Of a stretch of DNA of 46,348 nucleotides, positions 11,860 to 23,608 are shown piece after piece (position 1 is the stretch's first letter; every line of letters begins with the position of its first letter). Below the pieces are notes generated by a model. It was given only the letters and a program-made list of their open reading frames with translations, searched no databases and had not been told where the DNA came from. This stretch comes from Chiloscyllium plagiosum (lineage: Eukaryota). The stretch spans positions 4,463,285 through 4,509,632 of the forward strand of contig NC_057755.1 in assembly GCF_004010195.1 (NCBI RefSeq). The letters run 5' to 3'. Both the position numbers and the translations under genes were made by a program.

Positions 11860-14390
11860 GTCATAGAGTCTCAGAGTCATAGAGATGTACAGCGCAGAAA
11901 CAGACCCTTCACTCCAACTCGTCCATGCCGAACTAAATATCACAACCTAATCTAGTCTCACTTGCTAGCACCCGGCCCATATCCCTCTAAATCCTTCCTA
12001 TTCATATAACCAACCATATGCCTTTTAAATTGTACCAGCTCCACCACTTCCTCTCGTATCTCATTCCATACACATACCACTCTCAATGTGAAAACGTTTT
12101 CTTAGATCTTTTTATCTTTTACTTCTCACCCTAAACCTATGCCCTCTAGTTCTGGATTCCCCCATCCCAGGGAAAAGACTTTGTGTATTTATCCTATCCA
12201 TGCCCGTCATGATTTTATAAACCTTTCTAAGGTCATCCCTCAGTCTCTGACGCTTAAGGGAAAACAGACACAGCCTATTCAACCTTTCCCAATAGATAGA
12301 ATCCTCCAACCCTGGCAACATTCCTGTAAGTTATTCTGAACCCTTTCAAGTTTCATGAAATCCTTCCGAGAGAAAGGAGAACAGAATTGATGCAATATTC
12401 CACAAGTGGCAAAAATCAATGTCCTGTACAGCTTTAACATCACCTCCCAATTCCTATAACTCTGACCATTAAAGGACAGCATACCAAATGCCTTCTTCAC
12501 TGTGCTTTCTACCTGTGACTCCACTTTCAAGGAGCTATGAACCTGCACTCCAAAGTGTCTTTGTTTAGCAACACTCCCTAGGACCTTACCATTAAGTGTA
12601 TAAGACCTGCTAAGATTTGCTTTCCCAAAATGTAGCATCTCGCATTTATCTGAATTAAACACCATCTGCCCCTCCACAGCCCATTGGCCACCTAATCAAG
12701 ATCTCGTTGTAATCTGAGGTAACCTTCTTCGCTGTACACTACACCTCCAATTTTGGTGTCATCTGCAAACTTACTAACTGTACCTCTTATGTCCACATCC
12801 AAATCATTTATGTAAATGACAAAAAGTAGGGGACCCAGCACCGATCCTTGTGGCACTCCACTGGTCACAGGCCTCCAGTCTGAAAAACAACCCTCCACCA
12901 CCACCCTCTGTCTTCTACCTTTGAGCCAGTTCTGTATCCAAATGGCTAGTTCTCCCTGTATTCCGTGAGATCTAACCTTGCCAATCAGTCTCCCAGGGTT
13001 TACCTTGTTGAATACCTTGCTGAAGTCCAGATAGATCACATCCACCAATCTGTCCTCATCAATTAGCTTTGTTACTTCAAAAGCTCAATCAAGTTTGTGA
13101 GACATGATTTCCCACGCACAAAGGTATGTTGATTATCTCTAATTAGTCCTTGCCTTTCGAAATACATGTAAATCTTGACCCTGAGGATTCCCTCCAATAA
13201 CCTGCCCACCACCGACGTCAGGTTCCCGGTCTGTAATTCCATGGCTTGTCCTTACCAGCATTCTTCAACAGTGGCACCACGTTTGCCAACCTCCAGTCTT
13301 CCATACCCTCACCTGTGACTATCGATGATACAAATATCTCATCAAGGGTCCCAGCAATCACTTCTCTACCTTCCCACGGAGCCCTAGTGTACAACTGATC
13401 AGGTCCTGGGGATTTATCCATCTTTATGCGTTTCAAGATATCCAGCATTTCCTCCTCTGTAATATGGACATTTTACAAGATTTCAGCATCTATTTTTATT
13501 CATCCAATATCATCCATGTCCTTCTCCACAGGTAGCACTAACGCAAATATTCGTTTAGTATCTCCTCCATCTCCTGCAGCTCCACACAAAAGTCGCATTG
13601 CTGATCTTTGAGGGGCCCTATTCTATTCCTAGTTACGGTTTTGTCTGTAATATATTTGTAAAATCCCTTTGGATTCTCCTTAACTCTATTTGCCAATTCT
13701 ATCTCTTGACCCTTTTTTGCCCTCCTGATTTCCTTCTTAAGTATACTCTTGTTGTGTTAATATTCTTCTAAATATTCACCTCGATTTATTCTGTCTATTC
13801 CTGACACACACTTCCTTCTTTTTTTGAACCAAACCCTCAATTTCTTGAGTCATCCAGTATTCCCTATACCTGCCAACCATTTCTTTCACCCTAACAGGAA
13901 TATACTTTCTCTGGATTCTTGTTATCTCATTTCTGAAGGCATTCCATTGTCCAGCAGTACCTTGACTTCTGAACATCTGCCCCAATCAGCTTTTGAAAGT
14001 TCTTGCCTAATAGCATCAAAACTAGCTTTCCTCCAATTTAGAACTTCAACTTTTAGATCTCGTCTACCCATTTCCATCACTATCGTAAAACTAATAGAAT
14101 TATGGTTGCAGATCCTGAAGTGCTACCCCACTGACATCTCAGTCACATGCCCTGCCTTATTTCCCAAGAGTAGTACAAGTTTTGTACCTTTTCTAGTAGG
14201 TATATCCACTCATTGGATCAGAAAAGTTTCTTGTGCACACTCAACAAATTTCTCTCCATCTAAACCCTTAATGCTATGTCAGTCCCAGTCTTTGTTTGGA
14301 AAGTTAAAATCCCCTATCATAACCACCCTATTTTTCTAAGAGTTAACTCAATTCCCCTGATAAATTTGTTTCTCAATTTCACCCAAATAA
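11860..14390 (-). mobile_element. CR1 LINE, most of ORF2, degenerate
   Basis: ORF 12692-13048 [15 protein letters not shown]...[21 protein letters not shown]...KFADDTK; ORF 13218-13448 DKSPGPDQLY...WRLANVVPL. Confidence 0.95.
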
Positions 14391-15124
14391 CGTCTTCCTT
14401 AAGAATATGGTGATAAGGTGTTTGCTTGTGCCAGTCTTGATGCGTAGGAACAGTTGGTCGTTAGTATGTTTGTATGTTCGGGAGGAGAGAGGGATTTTTT
14501 CAGGAATTTGACAGAGGGACACTGAAGAAATAGCTCTGGTTCCAGAAGGCTGTTCTCTCATACGAACACACACACACAGAGTTGGTGAGTTGGTGGTGAG
14601 TTTAACCTAAGGATCATCTCATGTCTTCACATCTCACAGCAGCCCTCCTGTCAACTGTGCGAACTGAGCCCCAGCGGGATATTTGGTTTGTGATGTAGAA
14701 TCACAAGATTGACGGTTCAATTCCAATACCACATGAGAGCACTTTGGACGTCCCATTTTCTCAACCTCACCCCCTGCCCTGAGGGAAGACTACACTCAGG
14801 TTAAAAGCGCTTCGAGTTGTGTCTTGTTAATGAGAGAACAGCCCAACGCACAAATGGAACTATGGTAACTTTACTGAAGGAATACACATCCAAGTTAGAA
14901 TGGTGAGTGGCTTGCAAAAGTACCTGAGGTGATTTTTCTCTGGCATATACTACCTACTCTTTAGGATGGTAGTGCTCGTGGATGCGGACAGTGCTGTGTT
15001 GGCAGAATTGGTGGATTCTACAGCACATCCAGTTGATGATACACAGCACTGCAACTGAACAGCGATAGTGGATGGACTGCATATTTTGTCGATATAGTGA
15101 CAAGCAAACTGGCGACTTTGTCGT

Positions 15125-15345
15125 AAAAGAGAAAGTGCTGGAGAAACTCAGAAGGCCGGGTGCAGTTGGGTCAGGAGAAAGAGAATGAATGTCCCCCATG
15201 ACTCCTCTGCAGCACTGTTCTGAAGAAGTGTTACACTGGACTCAAGAAGTTTCTATCCACACATGCTGCCGGGTTTGCTGAGTTGCTCCAGAACTTGCCA
15301 CTTTCCTTTCAGATTTCAAATATCCGCAGAGCTGTGCTTTTTTTA
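15125..15345. mobile_element. Palindromic Penelope-derived non-autonomous element, degenerate
   Basis: Left arm aaagtgctggagaaactcagaaggccgggtgcag and right arm gctgccgggtttgctgagttgctccagaactt are imperfect reverse complements around cagcactgttctgaagaag. Confidence 0.6.
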
Positions 15346-15384
15346 TGGCTGTTGCATCATGCTGGTATCCCATTTTCCAACGGT

Positions 15385-15510
15385 TATTTAATACTGGGGA
15401 ATGAACCTGGCCATGTGTTAAATTTGGAGGTAGGTGAGCACTTTGACGATAGTGACCACAATTCAGTTATGTTTACAATAGCAATGGGCAGGGATAGGTA
15501 TATACTGCCA
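15385..15510 (+). mobile_element. CR1 endonuclease fragment
   Basis: LILGNEPGHVLNLEVGEHFDDSDHNSVMF contains the APE SDH motif. Confidence 0.85.
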
Positions 15511-15512
15511 GG

Positions 15513-15621
15513 TTGAAACTTTATTGCTGGAACAGCACAGCAGGTCAGGCAGCATCCAGGGAACAGGAGATTCGACGTTTCGGGCACAGGCCCTTCCTCA
15601 TCTGCAGACCTCACTTTCTCC
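15513..15621 (-). mobile_element. Penelope-like terminal fragment with truncated hammerhead and short inverted piece
   Basis: Minus strand GAA-GGGC-ctgt-GCCC-GAAAC-GTC-gaatc (about 15569-15596), joined to plus-strand catctgcagacctcactttctcc. Confidence 0.7.
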
Positions 15622-15744
15622 TTGTCAATCCAGGCCTGGAGTTGCTGGGATCTTGCTGTATTGCGTCATAGAGTGCTTCAGTATCTTAGAAGTGAAGAGT
15701 GCTGCTGAACATTGTGCAATTATTAACCAAGACTCAAACTTACA

Positions 15745-16430
15745 GTCATAGAAATGTACAGTATGGAAACAGACTCTTCAGTCCAACTCATCCATGCCAA
15801 CCAGATGTCCAAAATTAATCTACTTTCATTTGCCAGCATTTAGCCCATGTCACTCTAATCCCTTCATCCGCCCATGCATATGCCTTTAGAAGTGTTGTAA
15901 TTGTACCAGCCTCACCATTTAGTCTGGCAGTTCATTCCATCCACTCAACACCTTCTGCATGAAAAGGTTGCCCAGTTGGTAGTTTTTAAGTTATTCCCCT
16001 CTCATCTTAAATCGACGCTCTCTACCTTTTGACTACTCAACACTATTCATAAGACCACCTAGACCATGCCCCTCATTATTTTGTAAACTTTACTAAACTT
16101 CAGCCTCTGACAGTCCAGCGAAAATAACCCCTGCCCATTCAGCCTCTCACTGAAACACAAACACTCCAAACCTGGCGATATCTTTGTAAATTCTTACTGA
16201 ACCCCTTCAAGTTTAACAACATCTTTCCTGTAGCAGGTAGAGCAGAACTGAACGCTGTATTGCAATAGTGGCGTAACCAATGTCCGATACAAGACCTCTC
16301 AAATACTAGATTCAATGCACTGACCAGTAAAAGCATGTGTGCCAAATGCCTTCTTCACTAAAATGTCCACCTGCAACTCCACCTTCAAGGAACAATGAAC
16401 CTGTACCCCCAAGGACTCTTTGTGCACAAG
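15745..16430 (-). mobile_element. CR1 LINE 3' fragment
   Basis: LGVQVHCSLKVELQVDILVKKAFG and the CR1 3' tail agtcatagaaatgtacagtatggaaacagac. Confidence 0.9.
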
Positions 16431-16439
16431 ATTCCGCTT

Positions 16440-16736
16440 CGGATTTTGTTGGAAACTGGGAAAGTAATTGTTGGGCCTCTTGCTGAGATATTTGTTCATT
16501 AATATTCACAACTGACTTGTCTGAAAACAGGAGGGTGGCAAAGGTGATGCCTCTATTTAAGAAAGGTGGTCGGGAAAAGCCAGACGACAATAGACCGGTG
16601 AGCCTGACAGCAGTCGTGGGCAAGTTGTTGGAGGGGGTTCTCAGGAATAGGGCTTACATGTATTTGGAAAAGCCAGGACTGATTAGGGATAATCAACATG
16701 GCTTTGTGCGTGGAAACTCATTTCTTGCTAACTTGA
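16440..16736 (+). mobile_element. CR1 ORF2 internal fragment, inverted relative to its neighbour
   Basis: ORF 16517-16804 RVAKVMPLFKKGGREKPDDNRPVSLTAVVGKLLE...NQHGFVRGNSFLANL. Confidence 0.9.
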
Positions 16737-17252
16737 AATGCTTTCATGTTTCAAATTCTCAGGATGTACAAAAGGGGAGTGCTAAATGTTTGATCATTTG
16801 TTGATCTAAACTGTGGAGTAATTCAATGTTTGTCGTTCATAACATGAGCATATACAATTGTGGAGGCAATCGGAGTTGTCGAGGCTCCAACACACAATAC
16901 CTACGTGTTGCAATCCGTGCCTTTGTGTGAGGTCTTATGAGAAAATCCAGCCAGTCTGAGTAACCTGTAAAGCAAGTAAAATTAACCACTGTGGACACCC
17001 TCCCAAAAAGAAATTGAGTTACATGACTTTGTTTCTGTGAGCAATCTGTTGCTCATTTTTTCCCTAGCTCTTTTAAAAACTGTGAATGGTTCATTTAGAG
17101 AAAGCTTTCAATCTTTAGTTGAGATTCTTTAAACTTCCCATGACATGGGACAGCAATTATCTTTGTATCATTGCTTATAGTCTGGGCTCAGGCACAGGGA
17201 ATATTTGTTCAGTATCTTGAATCTCTTGTTTTTCCCTTTCTCTCCCTTACAG

Positions 17253-17971
17253 TTTGTCTCATGATTATTGTAATCTTATCTCGGTGCAGGTGTGGTCTTT
17301 CTACATGCACTACTCGCTTTCTGGTGGCCATGGCAGTGTCTGATCTACTGTTCCTTGTTTTTCATTTTGTACTCTACAAATTTCCACGTTATTATTATGC
17401 ACAGTGTTACCTGGACATCACTCCTGTTTGTAGTGTAGTCTGTGTCCTGAGCAGGTTGACCATTGATTGTTCTGTCTGCTTCACCATTGCCTTTTCTTTT
17501 GATCGATTTGTCGCCATTTGTTTTCATGAGATGAAATCTCAGTATTGCACAGAGAAAACTGCAACGAGGGTTCTCGCATCAATGTGCATTTTCTTTTCTT
17601 TAAAGAACATTCCCAATTACTTTCGATTTAAACCTGGGGTGATTCTCAACAATGTCCCATGGTATTGTTCTACAAGACGCAGTTATTTTAAAGACCATCG
17701 TTGGGAAAGTTTTAAATTTTTTGAAAATTTGTTAACACCTCTTTTACCATTAAGTTTTATTCTGTTTATCAACGCTTTGACAGCCAAACATATTTTCGAG
17801 GCCATTAAGTGCGCAAGGGTACAAATTATATATATGCTGCGGAACCTAAGTTGCTGCACAAATGCAGTTATTTATGTGGTGATGCAGAAGAAATTTAGAG
17901 ACCAGTTAAAGTATGCCACGAAATACCCAGTTTTAAAAATAATTCAATTGATGAACAAATCAAGCAACTGA
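17253..17971 (+). pseudogene. gpr139-like: GPR139/GPR142-like class A GPCR, main coding exon, open frame but missing ICL3-TM6-ECL3 (probable pseudogene)
   Basis: Polypyrimidine tract and acceptor ttacAG (17251-17252). Motifs ILSRCRCGLSTCTTRFLVAMAVSDL (ICL1/TM2), PVCS, FSFDRFVAIC (DRY-like), YCTEKTA, WYC, LTPLLP (TM5), LSCCTNAVIY..QKKFRDQLK (TM7/H8); stop TGA at 17969-17971. The ORF-track start at 17171 is intronic; exon 1 not located. Confidence 0.85.
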
Positions 17972-18064
17972 GATCCAATATTAGTTGCACCAAATAATTT
18001 AACAAGGAATCCACGTGAGGTATGGACCGAAAGGAGAGGGATGAGCAGCAGCATTTATTCCAGA

Positions 18065-18574
18065 TAATCATAGACATTTTCAGGATGTAAACGTACCCTT
18101 CGGTCAAACTCAAGCATGCCGACCAAATATCCGAACATAATCTAGTCCAATTTGCGTGCACTTGGCCCAAATCCCTCTAAACCTTTCTTATTCATTTACT
18201 CATCCAGATGCCTCTTAACCGTTGTAATTATACCAGACTCCACCACTTCCTCTGGCAACTCATTCCATACACGCAACACCATCTGCATAGAAATGATGTC
18301 CCTTAGATCTCTTTTACATCATTCCCCTCCTAAACCTATGCCCTCTACTTGTCGATATTCCCACCTCAGGGAAAAAAAACTTTGTCTATTTACCCTAAAC
18401 ATTCCTCTCATGATTTTATAAACCTTGAGAAGGTCACCCATCATCCTCTGATTCCCCAGGGAAAATAGTCATAGCCTATTCGACACCTCCTTATAGCTCA
18501 AATCCTCCAAACCTAGCAACGTCTTGGAAAGATTTTCTGAAGCTTTCCAAGTTGCATGACATCTTTTCTATAGG
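18065..18574 (-). mobile_element. CR1 LINE 3' fragment running into the gap
   Basis: cttggcccaaatccctctaaacctttcttattcat...ccaccacttcctctggcaactcattcca, same as other CR1 3' ends in the window. Confidence 0.9.
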
Positions 18575-19074
18575 NNNNNNNNNNNNNNNNNNNNNNNNNN
18601 NNNNNNNNNNNNNNNNNNNNNNNNNNNNNNNNNNNNNNNNNNNNNNNNNNNNNNNNNNNNNNNNNNNNNNNNNNNNNNNNNNNNNNNNNNNNNNNNNNNN
18701 NNNNNNNNNNNNNNNNNNNNNNNNNNNNNNNNNNNNNNNNNNNNNNNNNNNNNNNNNNNNNNNNNNNNNNNNNNNNNNNNNNNNNNNNNNNNNNNNNNNN
18801 NNNNNNNNNNNNNNNNNNNNNNNNNNNNNNNNNNNNNNNNNNNNNNNNNNNNNNNNNNNNNNNNNNNNNNNNNNNNNNNNNNNNNNNNNNNNNNNNNNNN
18901 NNNNNNNNNNNNNNNNNNNNNNNNNNNNNNNNNNNNNNNNNNNNNNNNNNNNNNNNNNNNNNNNNNNNNNNNNNNNNNNNNNNNNNNNNNNNNNNNNNNN
19001 NNNNNNNNNNNNNNNNNNNNNNNNNNNNNNNNNNNNNNNNNNNNNNNNNNNNNNNNNNNNNNNNNNNNNNNNNN
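18575..19074. other. Assembly gap (500 N)
   Basis: Exactly 500 N. Confidence 0.99.
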
Positions 19075-21300
19075 ATTAGTCAAACTGTACTAAAAAACAC
19101 CAGAATTCCCAAACAGCTCACAAGCCAAAACAAACCCACGCAGACAAGACGCGTTAAGCTCGTTAACAATGACAGAGCACCATAGATATCTCAAAGCCCC
19201 AAGGGCAGTTTCATAACACTGCAATACCAAAGCCAAACAAAGAGCAGGTCAGACAGAGAGACACCAGCAAGGACATGTTCCAGGAATAGGACAATGGAAG
19301 CGCCTCACCACTTCAGAGGAGACATTAACACCGACCTGTGTTGAGGAATGGAACCATCGATACTGTCAGGATGTTGCAGTATGTGAAGGATCAGGCCATT
19401 CATCCGATAACTGTTTTCCAATTAGCATCCTTGTTATTAGATTACTCCATTTCCAGACACATTATACTTTCCCATTTCGTAATCATTGTGCAGCATTACG
19501 CTAAAACTGGTCTCATCCCCAGCTCTGGTCGGAGAAATCTGATCTACCTGTACAGACTTAGTTTTATGTCAGCCTAGTCAATTTCACCTCTAGCGATATT
19601 GCTTGCAATAAACTGTTTGTCAACTTTACTTCAAGCTGTGATTTGCGATCTCTAACTTATTGAGAAAATTTCTCCGAGAGTTTGGAATTAGTCGGCAGGC
19701 CCTTTTTTCTCTCTCAATAGGGTAAGTGAACCTCGCATTTTAAATTTAACCGAATTGGTACCTTGCGGCCAGCCCTGTCCAGGGGATCAGACCAGAGAAA
19801 GGCTGGACAACTGCGGAGGGTGGCCACAATTCCGATCTGTAGCAAATTGGCTTCAGCTACTGCATTTTGGAAATCGACAAGTTGGAGGCCGTTGGAGGTC
19901 GGCACTTGACTCCTAAATTGCTGCCAGGACTCTGCCAGTGGAGGTAGTCTTGTAAGCGAATAAATTATTCACCAAATTTAACTAATTGGCAGCCGGCTGC
20001 TGCTACAATTTGGAACGTGAGTAGTGATTCTGGCCTGCAGAGGTGGGCTCTTGACTCTTAACTTGTTAACTGAGTTTTACGCTGCCACGTCTGGGCCTGA
20101 GGAGGTAGTCTAGTGGGAACGTAAGTGAACTGGCAGCCGATAATTCGTTACTAAACAGCGTGGACTGGTCTTGTGGAAGTCGTCACCTGTGCTAAATTAA
20201 TCAGCTGAAGTTTTTGCAACAAACCTTAATTTGGCCCACGCGTGATTCACCTTGAGTCAGGACTGCTGCCACGAACCTGTTCTAGCCAGGAAAAAGTCGG
20301 TCGTGCAGAGAATGTTCGGCACAATACGTGGAGAGACCGCTCATCAAATTCTCGATTTACGACTGACAGAACCGCAGCTGGAACAAAATCGACTTGGGCC
20401 CAACTGAGTTGTCCTGTCCTGTGGTTTCTAAGTGTTTGTTTTGCGTGTGTCTGCTTATTCTGTTCTTACTGAGTGCTGTTTTTTCAATTTCAGTTCTCCT
20501 GCCTAGCTGTATTTTTTCAGCACTTCAGTGTTTGTGTACTTTGCTGTCAGCGATTACACACTCGATTACCTTTTTTGCCAACTTGTCAATCATTCTCTGT
20601 CTGTCTGTTCTGTGAGCGCGCTCTCTCTTTCAGTACAGTGCACTTACAAATCATCCCAGTACGTCCAGGATGACATGGCGGCACAGACATCCACCATCTG
20701 CGTGGAGATGCCAGCCATGGGAGCTGGCCAACCCCAAACACGTGGTGAGAATGGCCCGGGGACGAAAATGAACAAGAGTACCCTGAAAAGGCAGAGCAAA
20801 TATGTGAATGTCAAGACATTGCATTAACGTCCAAGAGTTGATTTTCTTTGCTGATACTTATCCTGGAGGAGCTGCTCATTAAATGTGCATCACCGAGTCT
20901 GCCTTCCCCAGTTCCATCTGATGGATAAGCGACTCTGCGATGAGGACTATTCCTGAAATCTGTTATATAAACACCATGACCTTCACTGCCACAAAGCAAA
21001 ATAACATTGCCTTATATCTGGAGAATTGGTACCATTCTTTCGTGAAGAATTAGAAAATTCCCTCACGTTCTCTGGCTCCTTGTTAAATCCAACTGAGATC
21101 CTTAATTTCACCTCCTTTATACATCAAGCCATTTCCCTGAGAGTAAATTAGACCATAAAATAGCTGTGTCACAACAATAACTGGCAGTCCTTTAACAAAC
21201 AAAGGAAGGCTTTCTACCTCAGTGTGGCTGGATATTCAGCGGGATAATTCCAAAGTTCAGGCCATGAATTCCCAAACATTAAACCTGGAGAAGGGAGGAT
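19075..21300 (+). mobile_element. Probable endogenous retrovirus-like element: partial 5' LTR, tRNA-Ser PBS, leader, gag start; internally deleted
   Basis: AATAAA at 19607; TGGaatTAGTCGGCAGG at 19683-19699; GTAAGT donors at 19722 and 20121; GCCAGCCATGG starting MGAGQ at 20717; purine tract ggagaagggagga followed by TG at 21287-21301. Confidence 0.55.
19683..19699 (+). promoter_or_regulatory. Primer-binding site, tRNA-Ser type
   Basis: 11-nt exact match TAGTCGGCAGG to the complement of the vertebrate tRNA-Ser 3' end (TGGCGTAGTCGGCAGG), about 75 nt after a poly(A) signal. Confidence 0.6.
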
Positions 21301-22279
21301 GAAACCAAAGTGTAAGGAATATTTTGTGAAGGCTGGATAGGTCATTGCTGTTTTGGAATCATGCTAATTAAACAAAATCTTCAATAAATTGTTCTTTAAT
21401 AATATTGTTTAGTCCAAGAATGACAATGTAATATAATGGTATTGATTGTTGCTTTGTTTCTCACAGTGCAATGCGGTGTGTAATATCCTTAGCTGTGATG
21501 TCCTTAGCTTACTCATGGTTGGCACTTGCTATATTCCTGCCATTACACGAAATCTAGCATTAATGTTAACTCTAACAGAGCACAAGAAGTACTCTAACAT
21601 GGTGTAAACGATAAATTGTCTTCAAGATGCAGACGTGTGGTGTGCACGCGCATGCCTACACACACTTGTACAAACAGGCATGCGCACATGCACGCACACA
21701 CATAGTTTCTTAGGAACTTTGAATGCAAAAGATTATTTGAATTTCTGCAATCCCTGCGTGTCAGATGAACACAGAAAATTCACCCAGCTATGCCAGGCTT
21801 AATATTCACCTCCAGATAATGAAATCTGTTTATGTGGATGTTTCAAACCAGGAATCGAACGGACCAGAATGGAAACAATCAAGCAAGGAAATTTGCAGTG
21901 AATTTATAGAATGCTTCCATCCTGTTGGGAATGTTGGGAAGGTGATATCACAGAATCATAGATTAATACCGTACAGGAGAGATCATTCTCTCCATCAAGT
22001 CTCTGCCACCAAAATCACATTCTTCGCTACACTATTCCCACTTTCCACACTAGGCCGAGAGCCTACTATACCATGTGACCATATAGGTGCATTTTAAAGG
22101 TTCTGAAGTTTCCTGTCTCAATTACCCTCTCACACAGTGAATTCCAGGTCCCCACCACTCTGTGATGGGAAACTAATCCTCAATTTCACTTTGAAAACTC
22201 TTGCCTTTCACTTTAAAATTGTGCCCCTTGTTATCCCTTCAGTCAAGATATTTGACAATATGGTTGAACAGATGAAATT

Positions 22280-22625
22280 GTGTGAATGTGTGACAGTGTG
22301 TTTCTGCACAAGGGTGTGTGATAGCGTGTAAGAGCATGTGATTATTTCTGTGTGAGTGACTGAGTGTGCAAGGGCATGAATGTGCATGGTGTGTGTGTGA
22401 CTGCAGTGCACAGTGTAATATAATGGGATTGACTGAATAAAAGTGAGGGGGTGTGAGTGTGAGGGTGTTTGCTGCAACGTTTGAGAGACTGAGTGCGGGA
22501 AATTGAGTTTGAGAGAGTATGTGGGTGCGTCAGAGTCGGTGACTGCGTCTGATACAGTGAGAGTAGTGGCTGTTTGATATCGAGTATGAGAGACTGTGAG
22601 TGTGTGTGTGTGTGTGAGAGTGTAC
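22280..22625. repeat. Degenerate (TG)/(TGAG)-rich simple repeat
   Basis: Long interrupted tgtg/gagt runs ending in (tg)n near 22600. Confidence 0.85.
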
Positions 22626-22689
22626 AGGGGTCTGTATGTTTTGTGAATTATTACTGGGACAGGGGCAGGTTGGGGTTTATAGACAGTTA

Positions 22690-23608
22690 CACCATGGGAT
22701 CATCAACACTTAGACTTTGCATTCAGATGCAGGCAGACAGGCACAGTCTCACATCAACATACTCAGGAACACAATTACAAACACACACTCTCTCGCACAA
22801 GCACAAAACTACAGGGTTCAACATTACTGCTGTTAATCATAATAATAAAGATTCAGATATCGAGTTATTACACAGAAACACATGAAACTGGAACTGAAAT
22901 AGGTCACTTGCTTGCTGGAACCGACTCCACCATTTCAGAAGATTATAGCTGGTGAGTTGACGTTTACAGCTCCACATTCCCATCTACCCAGAGTAACCTT
23001 AGATTCTTGTTCTGCAAGGACATAACTCTACCTGTAACTTATAAATATTTATTTTCTCCATTGCTATCATTTTTTGGTACAGCCAGTTCCAAAGTTACAC
23101 AGTCCAATAAACAAAATTCCCGTCTCCATCTAAAAAGGGTGACCCCTCACTAATTTTAAAACCATGCCCCCCAGTCTGAACTCACTCACAAGAACAAACA
23201 TCCATTATCTATGCACCACATCCAGATCATTAGAGACCTTATACACTTTGATCAGGTCACCCTTAACTCGTTTGAACTCCAGCAGAAACGAGCCCTGTCT
23301 GTCCACCTATCTCAAAAGCACAAGTCACTCATTCAAAGGACTAATGTAGTAAAATCATGAGAGGCATGGAGTAAGTTGATAGACAACCACCTTTCCCCAG
23401 GGTAGGAAATTCTAAGACTAGAGGGCATGGAGAAGTTGGGCTGAAGGGCCTGTTTCCATGCTATCAATCTCCGTGAATCTGTGACTCTGTGAGAGCGAAT
23501 GGTACAAGACAATTGGATTGCCAATCAGTGATTCCCGTGTTACCAAATTCCTTGTCGCAACAAACATATGGCTCAAGCGCCCATGAGACAGGGCTGAAAA
23601 TGGTCAGT
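22690..23608 (+). repeat. Dispersed duplication, direct paralog of 44091-44965
   Basis: Collinear blocks such as gcacagtctcacatcaacatactcaggaacac, cacagaaacacatgaaactggaactgaa and aattggattgccaatcagtgat in both places. Confidence 0.9.

Larger units (their letters stand above)
4874..14891 (+). repeat. Tandem segmental duplication, unit A about 4874-10267 and unit B about 10268-14891
   Basis: Same order in both units: PLE RT piece, unique stretch (5200-6910 vs 10560-11860), minus-strand CR1 at the same site, then shared flank and SINE (9795-10265 vs 14395-14876). Confidence 0.92.

Noticed and set aside
17171..17252. N-terminus of the 266-aa ORF as real protein (likewise 38318-38409)
   Set aside because: It covers a polypyrimidine tract and AG acceptor, and the paralogous stretches differ by indels; it is intron read-through.
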